Part shown: one piece after another, positions 25,311 through 37,920 of the stretch | Layout of the letters: each line of letters begins with the position of its first letter | Numbering within the stretch: the first letter of the stretch is position 1 | Assembly: GCF_000143415.4 (NCBI RefSeq) | Contig: NW_003314309.1 | Span: 322,300 to 386,299, forward strand | From: Selaginella moellendorffii | Taxonomy: Eukaryota; Plantae; Lycopodiophyta | DNA length: 64,000 nucleotides | Reading direction: 5' to 3' | Notes under the pieces: model-generated | Database searches by the model: none | Seen by the model: the letters and a program-made list of their open reading frames with translations, nothing else | Told to the model about the DNA's origin: nothing | Position numbers and translations under genes: made by a program

Positions 25311-27049
25311 ATGGCGAGTGCGGCAGTGGACAAGACGGTGGACGAGCTGCGGCACGAAATTGCGGAGCTCTACCGGCAGAATCGAGAGGTAATTCCGGTG
25401 TCGCGGCGCTGGCGCCAGGATTGAGCGCCTGGATTTTGATTTCTCAGATAAATGAGAGGCTAAACAATCCAAGAGGAAGGCGGCTTGGAAGGGGTGGATT
25501 TTCGAGAGCTGTAGGCGGGCGAGGGGGCGGTCGAGGAGGAAGAACCAGAAAGGTAGGAGAAATTCCTGTTAGGTCACTTGCGTTCTCAGCCTGTCTTTCT
25601 GTTCAGGCTGATGGTGATTTGGAAGGTCCTCCAACGAAGAGACTACATTCTGTTGTTAAGGTACGGTGGTGCTACAAGAGAAAAAAAATTCTCATGGTTT
25701 TCTTTCAAAAGGTTAATGGTGATTCGGTCGAAGCTCATACAAAAGAAACTGGCACGTCTTCCCCCCGTGGACGAAGAAGAGAGCCCTTTCTTACAGTAAG
25801 AACCGGCATAGTTTCTCTAATCCTCTCATACTATCTTTCTTTTTCTTCAGGGGCAGGCGCAAGAATTTAGAACCGAGCCAGTTCCCAAAACTGTTTCCAA
25901 AGTGGACGACCCCAAACTTGCAAAGCGAAACAGGAGAATGTTTGGCGCTCTTCTGGGAACTTTAGAGGTATACTTTTGCATGGATGGCTATCTTTCTTGA
26001 ATGCTTACTAGGTCCTTTGTTGTGTTTCTGGTCCAGGTTGGGGTTTCATTGCAGTTCGGAGAACGTTGTCGTTATGTTTCCTGTCTCATGCTTGCCTGTT
26101 ATTTAAGCTTTCTCTTAGGAATGTGTTCTTTCATCTTTTTTCACTCAGAGAGCGACTCTCAACTAGTTGCTGCGTTCTTCTGTGTAGAAATTCAGAAAGG
26201 AAGAGATGTCAAACTCGGAATCAGTGATGCGGAGGTCGGACTCTCTCAAAAGAGTAAGCGTCTTTGTTTTTACTTCGGTGCCGATTGACAAAAGTACGTA
26301 TGGAATGCAGGCTGTACAAAAGGCTCAAGAAGAAAGCGATAAGTTGCGACAAGAGGAGCGGGAGCACCTAACGGAAAGGCGAAAACGTGATTTGGTAAGA
26401 GCCGTTGTTTTTTGCATCTCTGATGCGAGGCCTTTTTCCATGCAGATGCTTCGAGCAAAAATCTCTGCCAAGGCGGAAGAAAAGCAAATCGAGCTGCTGT
26501 ACATGCAATGGACAGCACACCAGAGCAAAGTTAGTTCGTTCCTAAAGTGAGTTCGTTCGTTTCTGCCGGTGAAAGAGCGATTGACTGTTCATTTCATCTC
26601 AGGACAAAAGCAGAACCAGGAATACATTATCTTCCAGTAAAGCAAACAGAGCGTGACAAACACCAACTGGAAGAGCAACGAAAGGTATATCATCTAAAGT
26701 TTCGGGTAGACGTGACGTTTCCTCTCAGGCTTTCGAAGAATGGAAGGTAAAGTGCCGGGAAGAGCTGGACGAGTACCAGAAGCAAATAACCGAGACGTTT
26801 CTGGCCAAAGCTCAGGCAGACATTGATAGAGTCGTGGCTGCTCGAAACAGGAAGAGGATCCAATTCGAGGGCGGTGACAAAGAGATGGAAGAAGAAGCCG
26901 CCGGTGGCAATCTAGGCGAGCAAATCGATAACGAGAACGAAGAGCTCCAGGACGAACAGGGCCAAGAGGAAGAAGTGGCGGACGTGATGGAAGAAGAGGA
27001 TTATAGGCCGGAAGATGATACAACGCTCCCGGAAGGAAAATCTAGCTGA
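25311..27049 (+). CDS. Pinin/SDK/memA-family splicing factor, multi-exon
   Basis: KRNRRMFGALLGTLE, coiled-coil EREHLTERRKRDL, FLKTKAEPGIHYLP and an acidic tail. Confidence 0.82.
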
Positions 27050-27330
27050 AAAGATTTAAACAGAGTATATCCCACTTGTGAGAATAGAAAGATGCGGATT
27101 CTTGAGTATATTCGTATGTGTACGGGTTTGAGTAGAGGGAGTACGGCACTTTGGACTGATTTTAAATCTTTAGCGCTCCCGCGCCTCTATGCTAGGGTTC
27201 TAATGTGTGACGATGGGATTGTGAGCGCTCCGGCCGCGAGGTATAAAGAATTCCGGAAAGATCTTTGATAATCCCATCCACGCAAAGGTCGTGTGTGTGC
27301 TTGCTCGATCAGGTTAGCGACCGGAAAAGG

Positions 27331-28884
27331 ATGATATCAGAGGCTGCGATCGTGTTTGGGAGCTGGATTGGGGGCCAGGCATGGCGCCGCCACTTCATCT
27401 GGGCCTTGCTGGTGTTCTGTATCACTTGCATTTTCACGATTATCGCCTTCGTCGGCGCCAGGCCGTGCTACACCGATTGCCGCAAGGGGGGAATGCTGCC
27501 AGATAATCGATCGATCGCGGCGAGCGCTGGCCACGGGCGGCTGCTCACAGTCAAGGGATCGGAGATTTTCGAGGTAATCGTGCAAGTCTCTTTCTCCCCA
27601 TTGTCGATCGATCTTGAAATATTTCGGCCGCCAGAGCGGGTTTTGGTCGCTGGGGAGGCAAGAGCGGCTCAAACGCGCCAAGATTGCGATCGAGAATCTT
27701 CATCTCCAGGATGAGCTCGACGATCTTCACGACGATGGGGTCTTGTATCGTAACATCTCGCGATTCAAGAGGTATGATTTACCGATCAAACGTGATTTTT
27801 TTATATCTTTTTTACTCCAGGAGTTACGAAGCAATGCAACGGGTATTCAGGATCTTTGTCTACAAGGACGGTTACAAGCCATTGATGCACGAAGGCCCCA
27901 AGACTGGAATTTACGCGTCCGAAGGGCTCTTCATCGCTACCATGGAACGAGGGAATCCCTTCGCCGTGACCGAACCAAAGATCGCAACGATGTTCTTTAT
28001 CCCTTTCAGCCTCAAGCAAATGGTGGACTACATGTATGACACGAACAGTCACAGCATGAAGAACATCCAGAGCTACATCGCCGGCTACTTGAGGAGGCTG
28101 GCATCGAAGTATCCTTACATGAACGCCACAAACGGGATCGATCACTTTTTTGTCTCTTGCCACGACTGGGTAAGTTTGTTTCTTTGCTTTTCATCTTGTA
28201 TACTTATGGTTTCTACTCTAGGCTCTTATGGCACTGGAAAAGCAGGACTGCCAGAGAAACATCGTCAAGGTTGTCTGCAATGCCGATTCATCTCGAGGCT
28301 TCAACACATCCAGAGACGTTTCGTTGCCGGAGACACGAGTTCGACAGGGAAAACACTCGCCGATCATCAGAGACACTTCGGGAATGGACAGGCCTTACTT
28401 GGCGTTCTTCGCGGGCCAAATGCACGGCAAGCTGCGGCCAGTTCTCCTTGCCCACTGGAAAGACAAGGATCCGGAGATGAAAATCTACGAGGTTCTTCCA
28501 CCGTCTGTGGCGGAGCGAATCTCTTACAGCGAACACATGAGGCTGAGCAAGTACTGCATCTGCGCCGCCGGATTCGAAGTCAACAGCCCGAGGCTGGTGG
28601 AAGCGATCGTGAACGAGTGCGTGCCGGTGATCTTGGCGGACAACTTCGTGCTACCTTTCAGCGAAGTCATCAACTGGGACAGCATCTCGGTGACGGTGGC
28701 GGAGAAGGATGTGGCAAACTTGAAAGCCATCCTGGCGGGGATCCCTCTGCGGACGTACAAGGAAATGCAGGCACGGCTCAAGCACGTCAAGCGCCACTTC
28801 GAGTGGAAGAACAGCCCCGAGAAGTATGACATCTTCAACATGATCGTCCATTCGCTGTGGACGCAGCAACTCAACAACGTTTAG
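27331..28884 (+). CDS. Exostosin-family glycosyltransferase (GT47)
   Basis: TM anchor, YRNISRFKRSYEAM, GIYASEGLF, DHFFVSCHDW, LAFFAGQMHG and SKYCICAAGFEVNSPRLVEAI..CVPVILAD. Confidence 0.92.
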
Positions 28885-29096
28885 AAGATCTTCGATCCAA
28901 TGCGTGGGCTGACAAGGCAAGTTCTTGAAATCTCTTTAATCTCTCTCATTCTCTCCTTTTCTTACAAAACTCTAGGATTGGGATAAAAAATTTGTACTGT
29001 GACTACTTACAAGTGGAGTTTATAAGCTACAAGAGTATGAAACGTGTAATTCTTCTTAAAGGTCAGTCCAGAAAGAGAAGATTAGGGTTTATAGCG

Positions 29097-30734
29097 ATGG
29101 CCTTCTTCGATCGTGATGCGCACGTCCAGTTCTTTGCAGGATTTCTCGTCCGCGGCCTGTCGGCGGACTACCTTGGGCAGGAATGCAACACGCTCTCGTT
29201 AGCCTACTTCGCGATCTCGGCTCTCGACATCCTCAATGCCCTGAATCAGGTATTTGTCTCGGATCGCGAATGCGAGCGCTTAGCATTGCTCTTTCCCTGC
29301 CGTAATATCAGATTCCGACTGGCGAGATCGTGGATTGGGTGTATAGTTTGCAAGTTTTGCCGCTCAAGGAGCTCGATGAGTACGCGGAGAAAGGTCTGGA
29401 ACAGTAGTTGTGAGCGCTGGAATTTTGATCGCCGTGTGGATCCAGATTTGAGGTTTGGATTTCTTGGATCACGCTCGACTTATGTGTCTCGTGATGTGCG
29501 TTTGCTCTTCCTCTTTTTGATTTCTCTTTCCTTACCTCGGTTTTCTATTCTTTCATTCAGGGCGTGGAGTCCTCATACGATGGTGGTCACCTGGCCATGA
29601 CTTACTCGGCTTTGGCGATTTTGAAGATACTTGGAGACGACTACTCTCGAGTCTCTAGAAATGCCATTGTTCGTTCCATGCGATCGCTACAGCAACCGGA
29701 TGGACGGTAGTACCGAATTCTCTTGAAGAACTAATTGTTTCTTCCTTTTTCTTGGCAGCTTCACTCCTGTTCATCTGGGTGCTGAAAGGGATTCGCGTTT
29801 CCTCTTCTGCGCAGGTGAGCAAAGCAATGCTATGCTTGTGAGTATAAGCTTTGCGCTGATGTCGTTCCTTTCTAGCTGCCATTTGCACTTTCCTTCAAGA
29901 TTGGAGTGGCATGGACGTACCGCTGGCCTGTGACTACATAGCCAAATGTCAGGTTGTTTTGCGATGGATGCTGACGACTTAGCTAACTTGTTTCTTTGTT
30001 TTCAGTCATATGATGGTGGTTTTGGATTGTGCCCGGGTTTAGAGGCTCATGGTGAGGATTTCTTGAACATTTACGCGTGATATTTTCTTTTTCTTTCTGT
30101 GGCTGAAGGAGGTGCTACCTACTGTGCGCTTGCAGCTCTCAAGCTTATTGGACAGTCTGCTGAAAAGGGAATAACAGGCATAGACTTCCCGCTTCTGACC
30201 AGTTGGTTATTACAGGTAAAGTAGCCACTGCTTGATTGTTGAGTAGATTTTCTGAATCCTTTCCATCTTCAACTAGCGACAAGCAGTTACCGGAGGCTTT
30301 CAAGGAAGAATCAACAAAGCACCAGACACATGCTACGCTTTCTGGTAGGAATTTCCGCCACTTCGAAGCACGTTTTGATGACTTTTTCTTACAGGGTCGG
30401 GGCCAGCCTTGTTTTTCTTGGAGCCTACGAACTTTGTGACCGAGAAGCTCTACGATTGTCTTTGCTTAGTTGCCAAAGCGAGGTGAAGAACGAATAGCTT
30501 GCTTTTATCTCAGTCTGACACTTCTGGCAGAAAGGTGGATTCAGCAAGTATCCCCATGACGATGCGGATATGCTACATTCCTACTACGGTGTCTGTGGCT
30601 TCAGCCTTCTCAACGAGCCTGGGCTTGAGAGTCTATGCTGTGAGCTAGGCATTTCCGCTCGTGCTGCCGGTGATTTCGGCATGGGTTCTGACACGGTGAA
30701 GTTTTCATATCTTGAAGAAGAAACTCCCGACTAA
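29097..30734 (+). CDS. GGB: Protein geranylgeranyltransferase type I beta subunit, many short exons
   Basis: FDRDAHVQFF, LAYFAISALDIL, GHLAMTYSALAIL, SYDGGFGLCPGLEAHGGATYCALAAL, GFQGRINKAPDTCYAFW and GGFSKYP..DMLHSYYG. Confidence 0.9.
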
Positions 30735-30745
30735 CACCATTCAAA

Positions 30746-32559
30746 CTATGGTAAGTTTGAAGTAATATGCTTTCCCCTGGTGACTGATCCTGAAAATTGT
30801 GTGTGTGACGCAGAGGTGGTCAATATGCTTGGAACCAGTTGATCGCAAAATGCGGCTGGAAAATTATGCCGGCTATTTGGCCTGGGGTTTGTCTCATCTT
30901 GTCCTTCCTCTGTTCTTGCGGCTTGTTCTACCGCGTTCTTCTCCCGCATACTCTTAACAGCTTGTGACAGTCGGTATTTGGCTACCTCCATGTCCACAAT
31001 TGGTTTCGGGTAATTGGTTCCTAGCTCGACACCAGCTGCTTGTAATCTACTTACAGGTGCACTATATGGATGGTGAATCCACTGGTTTGGGAGCCTGCTG
31101 AGTTCTGGAAGCCATCTCCGAACATACTCCCCTTTGGAGTCAAGCTTACATCCTTCCTCCTGCAGCCGTAGAGATATAAATTTCAGCGCTACATTTCCGT
31201 GCTACTTACGTGAGGATCGAGTACACGGTCTAGTTCGTGGCCATCGGTCAAGCAACCGGAAACGTACTTCCAGCCGAGTATATCGCTCTCTAAATCGGCA
31301 TCGAGCAAAGTGTCCCAGAAGTATTTTATCCCCCAGGTCCAAGGGAGCTGCAAAAACTTTATCAGGAAGCTGGATGTTACCACTCGAAGTTTGCAGTGCA
31401 GCCATCCTGTCGACCATAGCTCGCGCATAGCTGCATCCACCAACGGGTAACCAGTTTTTCCGAGCTTCCAAGCCTTGAAATGGATCTCATCGTTACTCCA
31501 GGGGAAGTTTTTCAGCAGGGATTGCTCCTGAGTGAACGGGAAATGGAAGCTGATATATCTGGAGTACTCCCTCAGGCCTATAGCTCGAAGAAAGAGATGT
31601 GCGTTCCGACGGGGACAGAACAGCTGCTCTTCGTCTCTCTGTTTGGACCGTATGCAATTGTAGAGTTTCCGGATGCTGAGCTCTCCAAAGTGCAAGTATG
31701 GAGAAAGGTGTGAGGTGGAGTTGTCTGTCGTCTCTCTACTGGTGGTATAATCGTTAAGAGGGGCGACTAGGAAGGCTTGAAGAGCATCGTTTGCGTGTTT
31801 ACATCCAGGGGACCATGTCCGCGCCAGCAACTCGTTACTACTTTTCTCGGACTCATCTTCAAGGCATAGCTCCTCTATACTACATGGAGTGGGGAGATTT
31901 CCTGCAAAACTTATCACATCCAGGTATTCTGCTTTTTTCTTTTTTTGTTGTGCTTACCCCGGTAAGGAAATATTCGTGCTTGTGATGAATCAGGCATGTC
32001 TGGCTCAAAACGCGTTCGCAAGAAGCGGTTCCAAAATCCTGCGAAAGTGGTAAAGGCGTGGCCCTGTTCGTCGTATATCTCCCACGGTTCGTGCAAGGTG
32101 TCGCAGTTGAAGTTGTGTACAAAAATTCCATACTCCAGGAGTCTCTGCTTTACACGACGATCACGGGCCACAGTGATGGGATCTGCTTGCAATGCATCGA
32201 GTAAGTTCTACCACGCCGTAAGTTTTCCTAACTCTCTTACCGTACAGATGGTTGCAGAAGATCTGAGTTGATCCTGTAGCTCGAGCTATGTTTACCAGCA
32301 CAGAGAGCGTGTCGTTCCCCTTTTGGAGGAGGAGCGAACAGCCGTAGCTTGCAAGCGATGCATCGAGGTGAATGAGGCTCTGCTTGAGCCACCATCTTGA
32401 GTGTCGGCCCGGTTGGAATTCACCCTCTTCTGCTGGACACCAGATGAAGATTGGAAGGACGACTCCCGGCGCGTTCGCCGCGGCGAGCAGCGCGGGATTA
32501 TCTTCTACACGAAGATCTCTTCGGAACCATACCAGGTTACATGCCTTAGAGTTTTCCAT
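30746..32559 (-). CDS. Plant-type cryptochrome (CRY1/CRY2-like PHR domain) with very short C-terminal extension
   Basis: VWFRRDLRVEDNPAL, PGRHSRWWLKQSL, TSHLSPYLHFGE, WKLGKTGYPLVDAAMRELWSTGW, YFWDTLLDADLESDILGW and a tail containing DQLVP. Confidence 0.88.
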
Positions 32560-33546
32560 TCAGTCACTGAGTCTTCAATGCAGGACAAGCTCGAGCTTTC
32601 AATGGAAACATTTTGGAGCCGGGCGCCACACTAAACAGCGTAAGCATATACTTTCCATTCAAGTGCTTGCTTGTTGTCAATTGCAAGCTGGTCCTGGAGC
32701 TTAGTACCTTCGTGGCTTCTTTCTCAACAGCTATGTGCTTGATGGCCCTGCTCAACATTCTTATGTGGTGTCTCTTAGTTGCTGGCTTTGAATTGAGGAG
32801 AATGGCCCATGCTGTCTGGATTCCAGAAGTTAATGACAGCGCTTGGAGAGATCTTTCTGGTTGGCATTGTCAATCTTTGCTGTATGTGGATAAGCTAAAT
32901 CTCTGTCGCTGAAATCCAGGAAAGTGAGCGCGTTGTCAAACTCAGCTTCCACCAACCAGTGTGGACAAGACGTTATGGTATCAGCTTATCCGAGTCCCAT
33001 GTGAAATCTACCGCAGCTGATTCAATGCTGGGATCTTACAGCTGGCCATACTCCATGCTCTGGTACGACAGCTCTCAAAGGTCTTCGGAGTTATCTATCA
33101 AAACTCTTTACTTGTTGGTGCAGGTCTCTTGTCAATTTTACAAGTAGCAGCCAAACAAGTGTACCGGGAGAAGATCCAGTCAATTTTTGGATTCGGCCGC
33201 AGCGACTCGTGTCTTGCTTGTTTCAGAGGTTTTGTCCAGTATTGACGGTGGCATATAGAGGACAAGGGCAAAACATGTTAAGTTTTTGCTCATGGTTATC
33301 ATGTAAGGCACTCTCGATAACTTTAGCTAACGAACTTTTGAGATAGCTATTTTGGGCAATCCTAGTTGCTCAAATGGATAAAGCTTTAACCATGTTCCAG
33401 CTGACATTGATCAATGTTGATCATTATAAGAAAAACTGAACTCTAAATCTCTTTCCTCTATATTCAAGCGTATAGTACTGTTTCCAAGAATAAATGGTTC
33501 AATTGCTTTATGCATTTTCTTAAGTTTAGGAGAAAGTTTAAATAAA

Positions 33547-33960
33547 TTGTTATGTATTGCATGTAAGAACATTTGGTTTGCTTATTACTTATTCATCCAA
33601 TTGATCAGATAAAGTTTATAATCATCAATGGCTTGGTAGAAGAAGCAGTCTAAAGATGTATTAAGCTGGATCCTACAATGCATGAGTTCTTGGCCATGGT
33701 TGGTGGTAGTCACTTTTCTTAATAAGCATGTTTGTAATTTATAAACACAAGATTAATCTTATTGCATATCAACCATTAGATGATAGAATAAAAAAGAATA
33801 TATTAGAAAGGGTTTAAGAAAGTTTATAAATTATAAATACAAGATTAATCTAAATGAATAACAATCATTAGATAGTAGAATATTTTAAAATATTCAAGTA
33901 TATTTTAGGTATATCCACTACCATCTTAGTCCCCCTTACAAGTTTGCTTAAGCAAACCAA
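33547..33960 (-). mobile_element. Helentron/HINE- or MITE-like element, copy 2 (inverted, with ~100-bp internal insertion)
   Basis: 33720-33960 is the reverse complement of 7290-7545, and 33574-33620 matches 7550-7610. It has TGGTTTGCTTA at 33574 and GTTTGCTTAAGCAAACCA at ~33942-33959. Confidence 0.75.
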
Positions 33961-35579
33961 AAATTCTCTCTTAAGACTTTTTTTCTGCAGTTTTATTTAT
34001 TATTTATTTATTTTAAAACCTAACTTATGTATTTTAGTATTTACAATAACTCTTAGCTTATTTTATAATAAGTTTAAAAAATATGTAAATGTTTCTATAT
34101 ACAAAAAGGTCATACTAATATAGCACTTAGTTTCTTTAATTTTCAGCTATTACAGCTCATTATTTACTTTAGCTATCAGTCATGTATATATAACTAACAT
34201 ATATATATATATCATCCTTATTCTAATAAATTGAATTAATATTTAATAAAATAAAATTTATTACCATTAGTATATAGAAAGAAATTTGTGATGGCAATTA
34301 TGGGGGAGGTATACCAAAAAAACACACATGTACTTAAATTATTGAAAGACATATATATGAATACAAATGTATAGACATGCATTAGTGCCTGCCACATATG
34401 CATAGCAAAGTCGAGGTTAATGCCACATATGCAATTTTTTACGAAATTTTGACTTTGTATTTAGTTGAGGAACTCTCCTTGTTGAAGGTAATGGAAAGTG
34501 CTTTTCGAAGTTTTTGTAACTCAAGCTTTTGCACAATAAAACCAAACATAACAAAACAAATGCAACAAACCACTTGAATGCCAAAAACTTGTGTGTGTGA
34601 TTAAAAACATGGGAAATCAATTCAGCTAATGTTTTACTAAAGTTATAGTATGATCTATTTGCTCATGGAAAAGCCACCATGTTCAATGGCTAAAAAAGAC
34701 TTTGCAATCTCCTCCACACTACTCAAACGAATGAGAGGCACTTGCAAGACCAATCAAAACTATGTTCAAAATATATCTAAGATCTGCAAGAAAACACAAA
34801 ATGAAAGGCAAATGAAATAAACACAAAGGATGGTCACAATGAAGAAATCACAAATTTGAGCTCAATAACACAAGAATGAAACAAAAAACGTAAAACGTAA
34901 TATCAGTCTTGAGTGGCAATTAAGGTGTTATGCCAATGCATACATTGATGACAAAAATATTATACACACTGCTTATATAACAATTTAAAAGTGATTGTTT
35001 GCATAATATTTTTGCATGTAAGTCAAAATCTGCATATGTGTAAATATAATAATGAATGCATGTGTAATCATATATTCATTAAACCAAAATTTGAAAAACC
35101 AATATCAATTTTTTATCATAGTTTTTTCTTACGAATAAAAGTATAGAGATACACTAAACTTTTTCATAATGACTATCAAGCCACATCTCATATAATAATG
35201 CTAAATCCAATTGAAGAATATAAAATAATATTTATATATTTGATAAATAGTATATTAGCATAGTGGGAAGGAAATTTCAGAAATAGGAGATTCTCAATTC
35301 GGAAAAAAATTAGTAACAAATATACATCCAGCTTTTTCCGCATCATCAACCTGTCAACGAGCTGTCTGTGGTTGTTGCCCTGCGTGTCCACCAGGAAGGA
35401 CTCTTGTGGTAAGATCCTCCTTTTTTTTTAAGTCAAACCAATGGGAGGAGATGCTTGGTGAGTGGAAATATGCCCATGCTTTTCCATGATCCCATGGAAT
35501 CATTATACTATGTGCTTTTCTTTAACAAGAAAACTAGTGGGGCTGTGACGTCGTTCTTGAGGAATGAGGATTGCGTTTG

Positions 35580-36240
35580 GAATTCTTAATGTTTTTGATC
35601 GGTTACAGCTTGACCCTCTTGTAGCCCATTAAGGATGACAATGTGAAGGACGGCTATGGCCTTTCGGGTGTTCTAGAAACAGCAATCCTCTCTGGAGTCA
35701 GGGTTTGGGATCAGGGTCTAGAACTTTTCATGAACCTCTTTAGTTTGGTGTTATGGGTAGAAGAAACCATTACAACTTGTGATTTATATCATAGTGGTGC
35801 TACTTTTTTAGCGCTGCAAAGTTTGACCAAGAGATCCATAGAAAAGTTTAATGTGGTAGTTCTGGATTCTGGCTGGCATGGTACTCCCACTTACTAGTTA
35901 ACATTTTGGCATTCTATGTGTATTGATCATTGCATTGATTGAATCGAGCCCCACAAATACAGGTGATGTGTGTTGTCTATAATGTGCTTCACCTTTCAAG
36001 TAACTCAAGTTTTCCTATGCTCTATTACAGATACGTCTTATAGTGACTCTCATCCAGGTGTTACAGCTTATATGTATATGCTCAATCATTCACCTCAAGA
36101 ACATTTCATTATCAGTGTTATATCATAATGCTTCCTCACGCTTGACAACATTGGGCTCGGCTTGTTTTGTTCCGAATTAACCTTTTCTTTGTAGGGACAC
36201 AGGACACCATATATTCGCACGAGGATCTATCAGCCAGGTC
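35580..36240 (+). other. Possible spliced non-coding transcript or decayed gene
   Basis: Short exon-like blocks are flanked by Y-rich AG acceptors and GT donors (e.g. ~35961 CAGGTGATG, 36030 TACAG, 36194 TTGTAG), with no long ORF. Confidence 0.25.
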
Positions 36241-36726
36241 TGTTTTTGACTATTAAAATGAATAATGGCCAGCATTATCAGCCAAATTTTTACTAGAGGA
36301 TCACATACTTTGGCATAGAAACGTACGGGGAGGAGACGCTTTGGATCGGAATCTCACTCGAGATAAAATCATGAAGAATTTCATTCGCTCTCTCTTCGCC
36401 CTCGCCCTGACAGCCAGGAATGAGTGTAAGAAAGATACCCCAATGAATTGTGTAGTAACAAGTGTACCACAAACTGGCGTGGCGGTGTATATGTCAAATC
36501 CAAAGTAGATTCGTTGGCATCCTTTTTCTTTATAGAGCTACAGCATGCCCAACTGTTTAATTGGAACTGCTAGCACACACCTTCTTGACCTCTTCCCAAA
36601 GGCGGTAGCAGAGAGCCTTCCAAGTTCCGAGTATAAATATCAAGTGGCAGACTCTCCACAAATAAGTTTGTGAGGAGCAGAAGCTCACAAAGATCGTTGA
36701 GCTTCTACTCTTTTCTCACAAACAAA

Positions 36727-37870
36727 ATGGAGTTGATGGCTGCTTTCAGACTAGCACTCGGCATCATAGGTTTGCCCTGCATAATCACCAGCCTCTAATG
36801 TCTGATTAAAATGCTGTTTTCTTTTTCCAGGAAACATTACAGAAATTTCCATTTGCCTGGCTCCAATGTAAGCAACATATAAACTCAAGTTTTTTTGTTT
36901 GTTGTTTTGGTGAAACGTTTCAAATTTTAGGCCAACGTTCTGGAGGATCTACAAGAACAAATCAGTAGAAAAATTCTCCTGGTTACCATATGCAACAGGT
37001 CTCTTGTATGCAGCATACTGGGGATGCTATGCATTGCCATTCATCACAGAGCACAACATGCTCCTCTTCACAGTCTCAGTTGCACAAGCGGTTCTGGAGC
37101 TCATTTACCTCATCATCTTCCTAGTTTACTCCTCACCAAAACAAAGGGTGCATATCTGAAAGAGTTTCATACCAGAAGGCACTTATATAATATTTCGGTT
37201 TCTATGCAGGCAAGTGTTGCAGGAACAATTTTCGGTGTAGCAGCATCAGTTGCTGCAACAATTGCAGTAGCCAAGTCAGCAATGCACAAGCGACCAGAGA
37301 GGTGCATGTTTGCAGGGCTTCCAGCTGCCATTGTCACAGTTGCTATGTATGCATCTCCTCTCACTGTCATGGTAAGAAGATTTCTTTATTTCTTTCCTCA
37401 CTGATCAAGAATTCTTTGTAACAGAGGCTGGTAATCAAGACCAAGAGTGTGGAGTACATGCCATTCTTGCTCTCCTTCTCAATCTTTGTCAATTCGGTTG
37501 CCTGGACAATCTATGGTGTTTTACAGCTTGACTACTTCATACTGGTAAACTTTCCTCTCCTCATTCTATGTGTTTTCTGTTTTTCCTGATAATATTTTTC
37601 TTCTTCTTCTCCATCCAGATTTCAGAAGGACTGGGTGCCATCCTTGGTACTAGTCAGCTTGTTCTATATGCTCTGTATAGACCAAGAAAGGACACCAGCA
37701 AAGAAGAGATTAAACTTCGGGAATTACGAGATGATCCCAAGAAAGCAGCACATATTACATTTCAGGAATTACAAGACGATGCCAAGAAAGTAGCACATAT
37801 TACACTGGATGTTGACAAACTGCAAGGCCTGAACAAGAACACAGAAGAGGTCTCTCAATGCAAAAATTGA
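36727..37870 (+). CDS. SWEET/MtN3 transporter A (non-canonical pocket), 6 exons
   Basis: LGIIGNITEISICLAPMPTFWRIYKNKSVEKFSWLPY, MYASPLTVMRLVIKTKSVEYMPF and LGTSQLVLY, with the canonical SWEET exon layout and a TATA box at ~36633. Confidence 0.92.
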
Positions 37871-37920
37871 GGCTCCAAATTATATCTCCCAGCAAAAGAA
37901 TATGGTCCTTTTATACTTTC

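Noticed and set aside
14733-28884. Possible metabolic gene cluster (P450, methyltransferase, glycosyltransferase, transporter)
   Set aside because: No scaffold enzyme such as an oxidosqualene cyclase or terpene synthase. PMT and GT47 are Golgi cell-wall enzymes and the neighbours are housekeeping genes.
32564-33260. Possible N-terminal fusion domain on the cryptochrome
   Set aside because: All three minus-strand frames contain multiple stops and no motif. More likely leader or intergenic DNA.
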